The position numbers and the translations under genes are program-made. Of a stretch of DNA of 64,000 nucleotides, positions 17,202 to 27,668 are shown piece by piece. Within the stretch, counting starts at the first letter, position 1; every line of letters starts with the position of its first letter. This DNA comes from Candidatus Kaiserbacteria bacterium RIFCSPLOWO2_01_FULL_50_24. Lineage in GTDB: Bacteria > Patescibacteriota > Minisyncoccia > Phycocordibacterales > UBA2100. The notes under the pieces were generated by a model, which worked only from the letters and a program-made list of their open reading frames with translations, was not told the DNA's origin and made no database searches. The stretch spans positions 30,122-94,121 of the forward strand of contig MFLU01000010.1 of assembly GCA_001783335.1 (NCBI GenBank), read 5' to 3'.

Positions 17202-18170
17202 ATGTCTGACTACCACATCGCCCTACCTAGCAAACCGCGCATTGTCTCTGAGTCAGAGACCAGCGGTTCATACGAAATAGACGGCTTGTATCCAGGATAC
17301 GGCTACACACTCGGCAATTCTTTGCGGAGGATTATTTTGTCTTCCTTACCCGGCGCCGCGATTACCCATGTAAAAATCCCTGGGATTTCGCATGAATTTT
17401 CCACCATAGAAGGAGTGCGCGAAGATGTGGTGACTTTACTTCTCAACGTACGAAAAATTCGTTTGCGTCTTGTTTCCGATGAACCGCAAACACTCACACT
17501 ATCAGTAAAGGGTCCCAAAGAGGCCACTGCGGCAGATATTACCACTCCGGGGCAAGTGGAGGTTCTGAATCCGGAACAGCACGTAGCAACCATAAGTAGC
17601 AAGACAACGCTAGAGATGGAGCTGCATGCAGAGCGCGGCTTGGGATATGTGCCTAAAGAGGTGCACCAAAAAGAGCGCGTGGATATCGGAACTATCGCGC
17701 TTGATGCAGTGTTCTCTCCTATTCGCCGCGTAAACTACGAGGTGGAGAACATGCGCGTTGGTGATAGAACGGACTTCAACAGATTGCGCATCTTTATAGA
17801 AACGGATGGAACCATTACGGCGCACGAAGCGCTCACGCGCTCTATTGAGACCATGATTCACCAATTGAAGGCGGTCGTTGGATTTAAGGAAGAAGAGGAG
17901 GTGCCGCAAGAAGTGGTTGCGGCCGGCGAGTTGCCCGCCGTGCGAGAAGATAGACTCTCTGCTGACGCCGAGCTCTTAAAAACGCGCATATCGGAGCTGA
18001 AGCTTTCGGCACGTGTTGAGGATGCGCTTAATGAAGCATCTATTCGCACAGTGGGCGGATTGGTACGGAAGCGTGAAGATGACCTTCTGGCGATAGAGGG
18101 ACTGGGGCAAAAGGGGTTGCAGGATATTAAGAGAGCACTTTCAAATTTAGGGCTCACTTTGAGGCAATAG
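17202..18170 (+). CDS. rpoA: RNA polymerase alpha subunit
   Basis: GYGYTLGNSLRRIILSS, HEFSTIEGV.EDV. Confidence 0.98.
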   Translation: MSDYHIALPSKPRIVSESETSGSYEIDGLYPGYGYTLGNSLRRIILSSLPGAAITHVKIPGISHEFSTIEGVREDVVTLLLNVRKIRLRLVSDEPQTLTLSVKGPKEATAADITTPGQVEVLNPEQHVATISSKTTLEMELHAERGLGYVPKEVHQKERVDIGTIALDAVFSPIRRVNYEVENMRVGDRTDFNRLRIFIETDGTITAHEALTRSIETMIHQLKAVVGFKEEEEVPQEVVAAGELPAVREDRLSADAELLKTRISELKLSARVEDALNEASIRTVGGLVRKREDDLLAIEGLGQKGLQDIKRALSNLGLTLRQ

Positions 18171-18260
18171 AAATTAAAAATGTAAAACCGAATACACGCT
18201 TCTCGGCAGTTTTTAACTTTTCATTGCAACTTTTAGATTTTCATTTTAAATTTTTAACTT
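18171..18260. repeat. family B element, left-truncated copy upstream of rplQ
   Basis: Shares ACACGCTTCTCGG.AGTTTTTAACTTTTCATTG…TTAGATTTTCATTTTAAATTTT. Confidence 0.85.
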
Positions 18261-18266
18261 ACTACC

Positions 18267-18620
18267 GTGCGTCATCACAATAAAAACAGAATACTGGGTC
18301 GCACAAAAAGGCAACGTACAGCGCTTTTACGCGGCTTGGCGCGTTCACTTGTGCTTCACGGCGCCATTGTGACTACCGAGGCGAAAGCAAAAGAGCTTCG
18401 TCCGTTCATAGAGCGTGTTGTCACAGATGGTAAGAAGAAGACGCTTGCCTCACGTCGTTCCGTGACGACCAAGCTGGCTAGCTCACGTGAAGCGACTCAA
18501 AAACTTTACGAAACGTACGCGACACGTTTCATAAACCGCGCAGGCGGATATACGCGCATTGTAAAACTCGGGACACAAGGTAAGCGTGTGGGCGAAATGG
18601 CGAGGATAGAGTTTGTATAA
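18267..18620 (+). CDS. rplQ: 50S ribosomal protein L17
   Basis: MRH…LGR, TTEAKAKE, GGYTRI. Confidence 0.97.
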   Translation: MRHHNKNRILGRTKRQRTALLRGLARSLVLHGAIVTTEAKAKELRPFIERVVTDGKKKTLASRRSVTTKLASSREATQKLYETYATRFINRAGGYTRIVKLGTQGKRVGEMARIEFV

Positions 18621-18742
18621 ATTAAAAACTAAAAGTGAAAAATGAAAAACGACAATTTAAAATGTAAAACGGCACACACGCTTCTCGGCAGTTTTTAACT
18701 TTTCATTGTCGTTTTTAGATTTTCATTTTAAATTTTAAACTT
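18619..18742. repeat. family B element, copy upstream of rplM
   Basis: Near-identical to 16249-16372. Confidence 0.9.
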
Positions 18743-18748
18743 GTTGTT

Positions 18749-19093
18749 ATGTTTGAATACAAAATAAATGCAACAGGGAAATCTCTCGGGCGTGTTGCGT
18801 CCGAGGCCGCTAAAGCGCTCATTGGGAAAACAAGCGCCGAATATACGCCGCGCATTCCTTCTCGCGTGCGTGTTACCATAGAGCACGCCGCTAAAATCTT
18901 TATGACGGAACGGAGAAAGCGGGACATTAACACGCGTTACTCCGGTTATCCGAGTGGCTTAAAACGAGAAACTCTCGGCGCGCTTGTTGGGCGCCGCGGC
19001 ATAGAAGAAGCGCTCCGCATAGCGGTGAAGGGTATGCTCCCGCGCAACCGTCTTTTAGTGGGGAGAATGAAAAAACTTATCGTCAGTGAGTAA
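18749..19093 (+). CDS. rplM: 50S ribosomal protein L13
   Basis: LGRVAS, YSGYPSGLK, AVKGMLP.N. Confidence 0.95.
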   Translation: MFEYKINATGKSLGRVASEAAKALIGKTSAEYTPRIPSRVRVTIEHAAKIFMTERRKRDINTRYSGYPSGLKRETLGALVGRRGIEEALRIAVKGMLPRNRLLVGRMKKLIVSE

Positions 19094-19111
19094 TCTGACA
19101 CACACACTAGT

Positions 19112-19507
19112 ATGGTGAAAGAACACACATATACGGAGGGGATTGGACGGCGGAAGACCGCGAGTGCGCGTGTGCGTATTGAAAAAGCAAAAAACGCGTC
19201 GCTAATCGTCAACAACAAGAAAGCGGATGAATACTTTCCGCTTGCCGCTATGGTAAAGACTGCCTATGCGCCCTTGAGTTCTCTCAATGCCCACTATGCA
19301 GTATCCGCGCATGTTTCCGGTGGGGGTCATAAAGCACAGGCAGAAGCCGTGCGTATGGGAATTGCGCGCGCAATCGTGAAGGTGGATGGCGAACAAAGAA
19401 AGCAGCTAAAGGTGTTGGGATTTTTGAAACGCGACCCGCGCGCCAAGGAACGCAAGAAATTCGGCCTAAAGGCGGCGCGCCGAGCTCCCCAGTGGTCTAA
19501 GCGGTAG
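19112..19507 (+). CDS. rpsI: 30S ribosomal protein S9
   Basis: GRRKTA, RDPRAKERKKFGL, QWSKR. Confidence 0.97.
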   Translation: MVKEHTYTEGIGRRKTASARVRIEKAKNASLIVNNKKADEYFPLAAMVKTAYAPLSSLNAHYAVSAHVSGGGHKAQAEAVRMGIARAIVKVDGEQRKQLKVLGFLKRDPRAKERKKFGLKAARRAPQWSKR

Positions 19508-19611
19508 ATATGAAAATTTAGCTTCCTATTTTCGGACTATGGGTCCTACAGCGACCTAGTTCCTAGGCCGCATTTTTGCATCCGGCAATATCTCTGGTAT
19601 AATGTTCTTTA

Positions 19612-20193
19612 ATGACGGAACGGCAAGATGAAGGCGAGCTGTTCTCTAGCGAGGACGGGATAACTGTTGAACCGAGCGAAGAGCTGGGAGAACTTGGCGT
19701 GCTGAAGCAAAAAATACAAAAGCTCAAGGTGGAGCTTGAAGAATGCAAGAAAGAACGCACGGAATATTTGGATGGCTGGCAGAGATGCAAGGCGGATGCT
19801 ATAAACGCGAGAAAAGACAGTGAGTCAAAAGTGGCGCGAAGCGCTGAAATTTTGCGCGAAGCGCTCGTTCACGATATTATTCCCGCACTGGATAGTTTTG
19901 ATATGGCGGCGGGGAGCGAGGTATGGACAGAAGTGAACGATGGCTGGAAAACGGGTATGGAGGCTGTGCGTGACCAGCTTATTGACGCTCTGCGGCGACA
20001 CGGTATTGAGCGATTTGGCAAGGTTGGCGACGTGTTTAATCCTGCGCTTCACGATGTTGCGGAGGAAAAAGACGATGTCGTCGGTGAGGCGGGCAGTATT
20101 GCTATCGTTTTGCGATTCGGGTACAGAGCTGGTGATAGAGTGTTGCGTCCGGCGCAGGTGGTAGTAAAATCTTTAGAAAAGCAAGGAGCGTAG
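19612..20193 (+). CDS. grpE: nucleotide exchange factor GrpE
   Basis: QR.KAD..N, FNPALH, GY…VLRPAQV; directly upstream of dnaK. Confidence 0.95.
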   Translation: MTERQDEGELFSSEDGITVEPSEELGELGVLKQKIQKLKVELEECKKERTEYLDGWQRCKADAINARKDSESKVARSAEILREALVHDIIPALDSFDMAAGSEVWTEVNDGWKTGMEAVRDQLIDALRRHGIERFGKVGDVFNPALHDVAEEKDDVVGEAGSIAIVLRFGYRAGDRVLRPAQVVVKSLEKQGA

Positions 20194-20210
20194 CGACTAT
20201 GTTTTACCTA

Positions 20211-20264
20211 ACCCCAGTGAAATGCGCCTTCGGCGCTCGCCGCTTCGCGGCGATTTCACGGGGT
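20211..20264. repeat. branched GC-rich stem-loop between grpE and dnaK
   Basis: CCCC.GTGAAAT-[GCGCC-TTC-GGCGC][TCGCCGC-TTC-GCGGCGA]-TTTCACGGGG. Confidence 0.6.
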
Positions 20265-20308
20265 GTAAGAGCTTCTAAATTCATTATCATTCATTAAGAA
20301 TCTCTAAC

Positions 20309-22210
20309 ATGTCCAAAATATTAGGTATAGACCTCGGTACCACAAACTCCGCGATTGCGGTGGTAAGGTCAGGCGAGCCTGAAATTATTGAGAACGCTGA
20401 AGGGGCTCGTACGACGCCATCTGTCGTTGCGATCTCAAAAACCGGAGAGCGTTTGGTCGGACTTCTTGCGAAGCGTCAGGCAGTAACGAATCCGAAAAAT
20501 ACTGTTTATCAAATGAAGCGCTTCATCGGGCACATTTTTGACGAACCGGCGGTAGCAAAGGATAGAGAGGCGGTACCGTTTGAAACGCGCAAGTCCGCCA
20601 ACGGCGGCATTGAGATACAAATGGGCGACTCTTCGACAGGCTCAGGGCAAGCTAAGTGGTACCGTCCCGAAGAAATATCCGCAATGGTTCTGCAGAAATT
20701 GAAACACGATGCGGAGGCGCGGCTTGGAGAAACGATTACAGAGGCGATTATTACCGTACCGGCGTACTTTAACGATTCTCAACGACAAGCAACGAAAGAC
20801 GCGGGGCGTATTGCCGGTCTTGACGTGAAGCGAATAATCAATGAGCCGACCGCCGCGGCGCTCGCGTATGGTTTCAACAAAAAGAAAAACGAAAAAATAG
20901 TTGTATTTGACTTTGGTGGCGGCACGTTTGACATATCCGTTTTGGAAGTCGGGGATGATGTGATAGAGGTTCGCTCTACTGATGGCGATGCACATCTTGG
21001 CGGCAAAGACGTGGACCAGAAAATAATGCACTGGCTTGCGGATGAATTTAAAAGAGAGTCTGGAGTGGATGTGCGCAAAGACCCGCTAGCGCGCCAGCGT
21101 TTGGATGAGGCGGCGGAAAAGGCCAAAATTGAACTCTCTACGGCGCTTGAAACGGAAGTAAATATTCCGTTTATTACCTCTACTGATGCCGGCCCCCAAC
21201 ACCTTCTTATCAAATGTACGCGAGCGAAACTGGAGGAACTCACGGAAGAGTTTATTGAACGAGCCGTTCTTATAACGAAACGCGCGATGGACGCATCGCC
21301 ATTCAAGGTTGGCGATATACACGAGGTGATACTTGTGGGTGGGCAAACACGCATGCCGGCTATCCAAAAGGCGGTTGAGGGGATTTTCGGAAAAAAACCG
21401 CACATGGGTGTGAATCCGGATGAGGTGGTGGCAATTGGCGCCGCGATACAGGGCGGCATCATGCAGGGGGATGTAAAAGACGTTTTACTTTTGGATGTCA
21501 TTCCGCTCTCACTCGGCATTGAAACGCTTGGCGGCGTGGCGACAAAACTCATTGAGCGCAACACGACTATCCCCACGTCGCGTTCGCAGGTGTTTTCAAC
21601 CGCCTCAGATAACCAGCCGTCGGTGGAAATTCACGTGGTGCAGGGCGAGCGGCCCATGGTCACAGATAATAAATCACTCGGGAGGTTTAATTTAGACGGC
21701 ATTCCGCCGGCGCCTCGCGGAACACCGCAAGTTGAAGTGTCCTTTGATATTGATGCGAACGGTATATTGAGCGTAAAAGCACGCGACAAAACAAGCGGCA
21801 AGGAGCAGTCCATCCGCATTGAAGCATCCTCGGGACTTTCCGAAGCGGATATTAAAAAAATGAGGCAGGATGCCGACGCGCATGCCGACGAGGATAAAAA
21901 GAAACGCGAACTTATTGAAGAGCAAAACGCCGCTGACCAGATTGTATATGCCGCCGAAAAAGCGCTCAAAGAACACGGCGACAAGGTGGGCGATGACATT
22001 AAGAAAAACGTGCAGGAAAAAATAGACGCCGCTAAAGCGGCACGCGGCGGCACAGATACGGCCAGCATAAAATCCGCTGCCGAGGCGCTCTCGCAGGCGA
22101 TGAGCGCAATCGGCCAAGCGATGAGTCAACAGCAAAATCAACCGCCGAAAGAAGGAGGTGAACAATCGTCTTCGAACGGGGATCAGCCGCCGTCCGCAGA
22201 ATCTAAATAA
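20309..22210 (+). CDS. dnaK: chaperone DnaK
   Basis: [25 protein letters not shown]. Confidence 0.99.
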   Translation: MSKILGIDLGTTNSAIAVVRSGEPEIIENAEGARTTPSVVAISKTGERLVGLLAKRQAVTNPKNTVYQMKRFIGHIFDEPAVAKDREAVPFETRKSANGGIEIQMGDSSTGSGQAKWYRPEEISAMVLQKLKHDAEARLGETITEAIITVPAYFNDSQRQATKDAGRIAGLDVKRIINEPTAAALAYGFNKKKNEKIVVFDFGGGTFDISVLEVGDDVIEVRSTDGDAHLGGKDVDQKIMHWLADEFKRESGVDVRKDPLARQRLDEAAEKAKIELSTALETEVNIPFITSTDAGPQHLLIKCTRAKLEELTEEFIERAVLITKRAMDASPFKVGDIHEVILVGGQTRMPAIQKAVEGIFGKKPHMGVNPDEVVAIGAAIQGGIMQGDVKDVLLLDVIPLSLGIETLGGVATKLIERNTTIPTSRSQVFSTASDNQPSVEIHVVQGERPMVTDNKSLGRFNLDGIPPAPRGTPQVEVSFDIDANGILSVKARDKTSGKEQSIRIEASSGLSEADIKKMRQDADAHADEDKKKRELIEEQNAADQIVYAAEKALKEHGDKVGDDIKKNVQEKIDAAKAARGGTDTASIKSAAEALSQAMSAIGQAMSQQQNQPPKEGGEQSSSNGDQPPSAESK

Positions 22211-22218
22211 CATCGCGC

Positions 22219-23292
22219 ATGAAGAAGGACTATTACGACATACTCGGCGTCCATAAAGGAGCGAGCGAGGAGGAAATAAAAAGTGCATTTCGCAAGCTCG
22301 CGCATCAGCATCATCCTGATAAAAAGGGGGGCGACGAGAGTCGTTTCAAGGAAGCATCCGAAGCGTATGCGGTTTTGGGTGACAAAAAACGCCGTGCGGA
22401 ATACGATACGTATGGCCGAACATTCGCGGGCGGCGCTGGCGCGGGCGCAAGCGGATTTTCCGGATTTGATTTTTCGCAGTTTACACAAGATTTTGGCGGA
22501 GGTGGAGGCGTGGAGTTTGACTTCGGCGATGTGTTCTCGGAATTTTTCGGCGGTTCACACCGAGCAGAGTCGAGGGGCCGAGACATCTCCATAGACATTG
22601 AACTTTCATTCCGCGAGAGCGTTTTCGGTACCGAACGTCGCGTTCTAATAGCAAAAGTGGGAGTGTGTGACGTATGCAAGGGAAGTGGCGCTGCTGCCGA
22701 CTCTAAAAAGCACACTTGCAAGGCCTGTAACGGTAAGGGTGAAGTGCGCGAAACACGCTCTACCTTCTTCGGACAATTCACGTCGCGCAGAGTTTGTGCC
22801 GAATGTCGTGGAAAAGGCGAGATGCCGGATGCGCTGTGTGCGGTATGCCGCGGTGCGGGAGTCTTGAAACGCGAAGAAGAAATCCGTATAACCGTACCCC
22901 ACGGTGTTTCAGACGGCGAAATGATACGCATGCCGAAGATGGGCGAAGCGATAAGCGGGGGAGAAACGGGTGATTTGTATGTAAAACTGCACGTGACGCC
23001 AGATCGGGCGTTCTCGCGCGAGGGCAATAATATCCTCATGTCGCTTTCCATTAAACTCACCGATGCGCTCCTTGGCACGGAGTATAAAATTCAAACGCTT
23101 GACGGCGAAGAAAAAGTGCATATTCCGAAAGGGGTGGCTCACGGGGAACTTATTCGCATCAAAGAGCTTGGCGTACCTTATGGACGAGGAAGTCGCGGCG
23201 ATTTATTGGTGCGTATTTCAATAGGACTCCCTAAAAAACTGTCGCGTGAGGCACAAGAGTTGATTGAACAACTTAAAAGAGAAGGATTATAA
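22219..23292 (+). CDS. dnaJ: chaperone DnaJ
   Basis: HPD motif, G/F region, four CxxCxGxG repeats. Confidence 0.98.
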   Translation: MKKDYYDILGVHKGASEEEIKSAFRKLAHQHHPDKKGGDESRFKEASEAYAVLGDKKRRAEYDTYGRTFAGGAGAGASGFSGFDFSQFTQDFGGGGGVEFDFGDVFSEFFGGSHRAESRGRDISIDIELSFRESVFGTERRVLIAKVGVCDVCKGSGAAADSKKHTCKACNGKGEVRETRSTFFGQFTSRRVCAECRGKGEMPDALCAVCRGAGVLKREEEIRITVPHGVSDGEMIRMPKMGEAISGGETGDLYVKLHVTPDRAFSREGNNILMSLSIKLTDALLGTEYKIQTLDGEEKVHIPKGVAHGELIRIKELGVPYGRGSRGDLLVRISIGLPKKLSREAQELIEQLKREGL

Positions 23293-23307
23293 TACCACTG
23301 ACGTAAT

Positions 23308-23470
23308 AAATAACAAATTACAAACCTCAAATTCCAAACAAATTCAAATAACCGAAATCACAAATTCAAAACTGGTACGTCGTGTTTTGTATTTAGTAAT
23401 TAGAATTTAGATATTTTGATATTTTTTGTGATTCGGTACTTGGAATTTGGTGCTTTTTAGAAATTTGTAA
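23308..23470. repeat. family E heptamer inverted-repeat element
   Basis: AAATAACAAATTACAAACCTCAAATTCCAAAC… arm and complementary T-rich arm. Confidence 0.75.
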
Positions 23471-23530
23471 CCACTTGTAGTATTCGTATCATTTGCAGAT
23501 CGGCCATAATTTTCGTAGTAGTATATTGCC

Positions 23531-24013
23531 ATGGACTCCCTACCCATCAGCGAATGGCTTCCTTTTGTCACCATGGATTGGTTAATCCTCGGCGGCCTTG
23601 TGGCACTCGTTGGCATTGATTCACTTCGGAGCGGCTCGCGCCGCGCTGCGGCGCTTGCTCTCGCATTTCCAATCGCCGCGCTGCTTCACATCTCCATCGG
23701 AAGTGCGCGGGGTGTCGGAGAGCTTGTGGTGTCTCTTGGCGCAACGGGACAGACGATTGCCTTTCTAGTACTCGCTCTTGTGCTATTCTTTTCTTTCACA
23801 CGATTTACCGACTCTTACGATGGAGGAGGCTTTCTTCACGCGGCTCTCGTAGGGGTAGCAACTACAGTCGTTGTCATAGTCTCGTGGCTTAGCGTCCCGC
23901 CACTTTTAGAATTCTGGCAGCCGAATGCCGTAATTATAGCTCTATTTGGCGAAACATACCGCTTCTGGTGGCTTTTTGCCGGACTCGTCACCCTGTCTTT
24001 TGTACGTAAGTAG
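23531..24013 (+). CDS. hypothetical multi-pass membrane protein
   Basis: About 5 hydrophobic segments. Confidence 0.75.
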   Translation: MDSLPISEWLPFVTMDWLILGGLVALVGIDSLRSGSRRAAALALAFPIAALLHISIGSARGVGELVVSLGATGQTIAFLVLALVLFFSFTRFTDSYDGGGFLHAALVGVATTVVVIVSWLSVPPLLEFWQPNAVIIALFGETYRFWWLFAGLVTLSFVRK

Positions 24014-24075
24014 CCAATTGCTCCAGAGCTGATCCTATACAAACTTGTATTTTCAGTTAAGTAGTGTTATAATAT

Positions 24076-25554
24076 ATGCACATGGTACTAAAAGAATTGC
24101 GTACGCACACATCTGATATGTGGTCTAAGATTCAAACTAAGTACATGTGCACTTTGTTCACACGAGCTGCGAAACGTGTTCCCGCATACGCGCGTTTTCT
24201 AAGAAACAGTAAAGCGCATCAACGAACTCCAACGGCACAAACATTTCTTGCAATCCCGCCAATCACAAAAGACAATTATCTTCGAAAATCTTTATTCCCC
24301 GATTTATTTTGGGATGGGGTAATCAGTTCGCCCCACATGCTTACAGCGACTTCTGGCTCGACGGGGAAACCTGTGTACTTCGCACGCTCTCACTCGGTAA
24401 ACGATCAGTCATCCGCCATCCATGAACTGTTCTTTACTTCGTGCTCGCTTTCCTCAAAGAAATCAACACTCGTTATTGTGTGTTTTGGGATGGGTGTATG
24501 GATAGGTGGTTTCATTACGAGCGAGGCGTTTGAACTTATGGGCCGGCGCGGCTATCCGGTTGCCGTAATAACTCCGGGACTTAACAAGCAAGAAATTTTT
24601 AAGGCGCTAAAGCAGTTGGCGCCGCAGTACGAACAGCTTATTATTGCCGGCTATCCGCCATTTGTTAAAGACGTGCTCGATGAGGCCGAAGAAAATGGTA
24701 TCTCTATACGAAAACACAAAACAGCACTCGTGTTTGCAGCCGAAGCATTCACGGAATCATTTCGTGAATACGTTGCAAAAAAAGCGAATGTGCGAAATGT
24801 TTTGACAGACACAATGAACATTTACGGGAGTGCAGATTTGGGGACCATGGCGTTTGAGACGCCCGTGTCCATACTTATCCGACGACTTGCATGTAAACAT
24901 CCCGATCTTTTCCGAGCCCTATTTGGTGGAACAGATAAAACACCGACGCTTGCGCAGTACATCCCACACTTCACATCCTTTGAGGCATTGAAAGGCGAGT
25001 TATTGGTAACCGGAGACAGCGCGACGCCACTCATACGATATGCGATAGGAGATCGCGGCGGCGTGTACACCTATGATGAAATTTCAAGCATATGCAAAAT
25101 GCACGGCGTACATCTTACAAAAGAACTTGCCCGCGCGGGTATCGCGACAAAAACCGCTAAGCTACCGTTTGTGTTTGTCTACGAACGTCTTGACCTCTCC
25201 ACAACACTATACGGCTTGCAGATATATCCGGAGATTATTCGCGAGACATTGCTCCAGAGTGGATTTGTACAACGTCTAACGGGACGCTTAACGCTTGTAA
25301 CAAAATTTGATGATCGTCAAAATCAATATCTGGAAATAAACGTTGAACAACGGCGTGGGGCAGAAGTTGAAAAAGCGCTTGCCGCAAAGTTAAAAGCGGA
25401 GATCGTAAAAAACTTAAAACTAAAAAGTGCAGAATTTTACGAGCTCTCCTTGCATCTCGGCGAACGTACAGAGCCGCGACTCATATTCTGGCCGCATGAA
25501 GACCCTACATACTTTCGGCCGGATACGAAACAGAAATGGGTCGTGAAGTCTTAA
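24076..25554 (+). CDS. phenylacetate-CoA ligase-like adenylate-forming enzyme
   Basis: VPAY, TSGSTGKP, GYPPF, YGSAD, PLIRY.IGD. Confidence 0.88.
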   Translation: MHMVLKELRTHTSDMWSKIQTKYMCTLFTRAAKRVPAYARFLRNSKAHQRTPTAQTFLAIPPITKDNYLRKSLFPDLFWDGVISSPHMLTATSGSTGKPVYFARSHSVNDQSSAIHELFFTSCSLSSKKSTLVIVCFGMGVWIGGFITSEAFELMGRRGYPVAVITPGLNKQEIFKALKQLAPQYEQLIIAGYPPFVKDVLDEAEENGISIRKHKTALVFAAEAFTESFREYVAKKANVRNVLTDTMNIYGSADLGTMAFETPVSILIRRLACKHPDLFRALFGGTDKTPTLAQYIPHFTSFEALKGELLVTGDSATPLIRYAIGDRGGVYTYDEISSICKMHGVHLTKELARAGIATKTAKLPFVFVYERLDLSTTLYGLQIYPEIIRETLLQSGFVQRLTGRLTLVTKFDDRQNQYLEINVEQRRGAEVEKALAAKLKAEIVKNLKLKSAEFYELSLHLGERTEPRLIFWPHEDPTYFRPDTKQKWVVKS

Positions 25555-25564
25555 AATCCACGCT

Positions 25565-26599
25565 ATGCCAGAAAAATTCAGTGCAGAGACGTATAAAAAA
25601 GATTTTGAGAGTAAAGATTCGTGTAACGCTCGCATTAAGCATATTTTGTCGTATGCTATCCGTGCGCCGTCTACGCACAACAGTCAGCCGTGGAAGTTTA
25701 TCCTCACGGGAAATCGACTATCTATTATCAACGACGAGTCGATACGGTTGCCGAAAAGTGACGCACTCGGACGCTATCGGCACATTAGCTTTGGATATCT
25801 TATTCATCATATCGTGTTGCTTGCGGCGTACAGTGGCACGCAAACGATGACGCGACTTGGGCGAGCGCCGGTTATTGCAGAAATAGAGTTCCACACACAG
25901 CATGGAGTTTTTGACGTTACCATCGCTCCGTTAATAAACGCCTTGTGCTCCAGGCGGAATCGCCGCGGTATATTTGAGCGCGACAGTGCGATACCACACA
26001 ATACGCTTGAGGCGGCGTCTGCACGTTCTCCACTTTTTCCCGCCGCACTAGCAAAGCCGGAATGCGCCATCGCGAGTGGGAGAACAGTTGCATGTATTGC
26101 ATCATGCACGGCCGAGGGCATGCGGCGAGCGTATCGCTCAAATGCGTTCCGTCGAGAAATGGCCTCATGGATTACACCAACAGGCTCATGGAGAAAAACA
26201 GGTATTCCCGGCTATTCGCTGAACCAGCCCGCGATACTTTCGTGGCTTTTGCCGAACATTATTCGTTTTATAGACATTGGAAGATTTCTCTCAAAGTTAA
26301 ACGTCACGTCTATTTCTTCCGCACCATGTGTATTTGGATTCGCCGGAGACGACACGGTTTCTTCATGGATTGGAGTTGGTTTTCAGGCATCACATACGGC
26401 ACTTACGCTCACTGCCGCAAGATTTGACGTTTCTGTATATGTAGCGGCCATGGAGTATGACGATACGCGCCGAGAGGCGGGACGCGCATTCGGATTTTCC
26501 CATCCGCTCCAATTTTTATTTGCAACCGGCGCACTTAAGGGCAATGTGTCGTGGTGCACTCCTCGTGTCCCCGTATCGCAAAAACTCACCGAGCGTTAA
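25565..26599 (+). CDS. Acg-type nitroreductase-fold FMN protein
   Basis: APSTHNSQPW, second-domain RRNRR, QFLFATG. Confidence 0.82.
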   Translation: MPEKFSAETYKKDFESKDSCNARIKHILSYAIRAPSTHNSQPWKFILTGNRLSIINDESIRLPKSDALGRYRHISFGYLIHHIVLLAAYSGTQTMTRLGRAPVIAEIEFHTQHGVFDVTIAPLINALCSRRNRRGIFERDSAIPHNTLEAASARSPLFPAALAKPECAIASGRTVACIASCTAEGMRRAYRSNAFRREMASWITPTGSWRKTGIPGYSLNQPAILSWLLPNIIRFIDIGRFLSKLNVTSISSAPCVFGFAGDDTVSSWIGVGFQASHTALTLTAARFDVSVYVAAMEYDDTRREAGRAFGFSHPLQFLFATGALKGNVSWCTPRVPVSQKLTER

Positions 26600-26624
26600 T
26601 ACGGTCGTACGGTACAATAGTGAA

Positions 26625-27668
26625 ATGGGAAAGGCATCGCTTATTACCATACGTTCGTTTGGCGGTGAGCCCGAACGAGATGCATACGTACGTTCTCTGA
26701 AAGAGCGCCAGATTTCGTACCATGATCTCTACGATATGCAGTGTGCGGAACTTGCGGAAATTCGCGACCCCCGCTCATTCGGAAAAAAGCCGCTTCCCCT
26801 TACGTCTCTGCCCGACGATAGGATAGTTGAGTATCCGTGGCGTAACACGGCAATTCGCACAGTTGAACTACACGCTTTTTCAGAATTGCGCACCGCAAGA
26901 AACCACAACCTTATTACTCCAGAGGAGCAGTCTATTTTTGCGACTTCGCATATTGCATTTGCAGGTCTAAACGTTGGCAATCCGGGAGCCGTGTGCGTGG
27001 CGCTTGAAGGTGGCGCGCGCTCCATGTCGCTTGCGGACCCGGACATTCTTTTAACGGCGAATCTCAACAGATTTCGTGCGGGATTGCCGGATGTCGGTCT
27101 GAACAAGGCGGAACTCACGACACGACAAATACTTGAAATAGACCCCTACTACACCCTCTCCGTCTCAGCCGAAGGATTGACGTCCGGTTCGCTCATGCAA
27201 TTTCTCTCTGAACCGAAAGCGCGAGTGCTTGTAGAAGAAATGGACGCTCTGCCGCTGAAACTTTTTATCCGGGACGAGGCGCGAAAGCTTGGGGTACCGG
27301 TTGTTATGGTGACGGGTATCGGAGATGGCGTGCTTCTTGATGTTGAGAGGTATGACCTTGACCGTAATACGCCGCTTCTCAACGGCTTACTTGACCGAGC
27401 GGTTGAGGACGCTATTCGTTCCGCCGAGTCAATGTCGCCGGAAAAAAAGATAAAACTTGCCCATGATTTCATCGGAACTTCATATCTCGAACCGCGCCTG
27501 AATGATTCGTTTGCAGAGATAGGAAACACTCTCGTGGGCATTCCGCAAATAGCCGAGTCGTCGTTTATGCGTGGCGCCGCCATCGCGCGAGCGGTGCGGA
27601 CCATTGTGTGCGGTGGGAACATGCCCTCCGGACGTTACTCGTTTTCTCTATCTCCATGCCTGAAGTAG
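26625..27668 (+). CDS. ThiF-family adenylyltransferase (Rv1355c/OxzB N-terminal type)
   Basis: YPW, RTARNHNLITPEEQ, AGLNVG, ADPD…NLNR, NKAE, VEEMD. Confidence 0.85.
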   Translation: MGKASLITIRSFGGEPERDAYVRSLKERQISYHDLYDMQCAELAEIRDPRSFGKKPLPLTSLPDDRIVEYPWRNTAIRTVELHAFSELRTARNHNLITPEEQSIFATSHIAFAGLNVGNPGAVCVALEGGARSMSLADPDILLTANLNRFRAGLPDVGLNKAELTTRQILEIDPYYTLSVSAEGLTSGSLMQFLSEPKARVLVEEMDALPLKLFIRDEARKLGVPVVMVTGIGDGVLLDVERYDLDRNTPLLNGLLDRAVEDAIRSAESMSPEKKIKLAHDFIGTSYLEPRLNDSFAEIGNTLVGIPQIAESSFMRGAAIARAVRTIVCGGNMPSGRYSFSLSPCLK

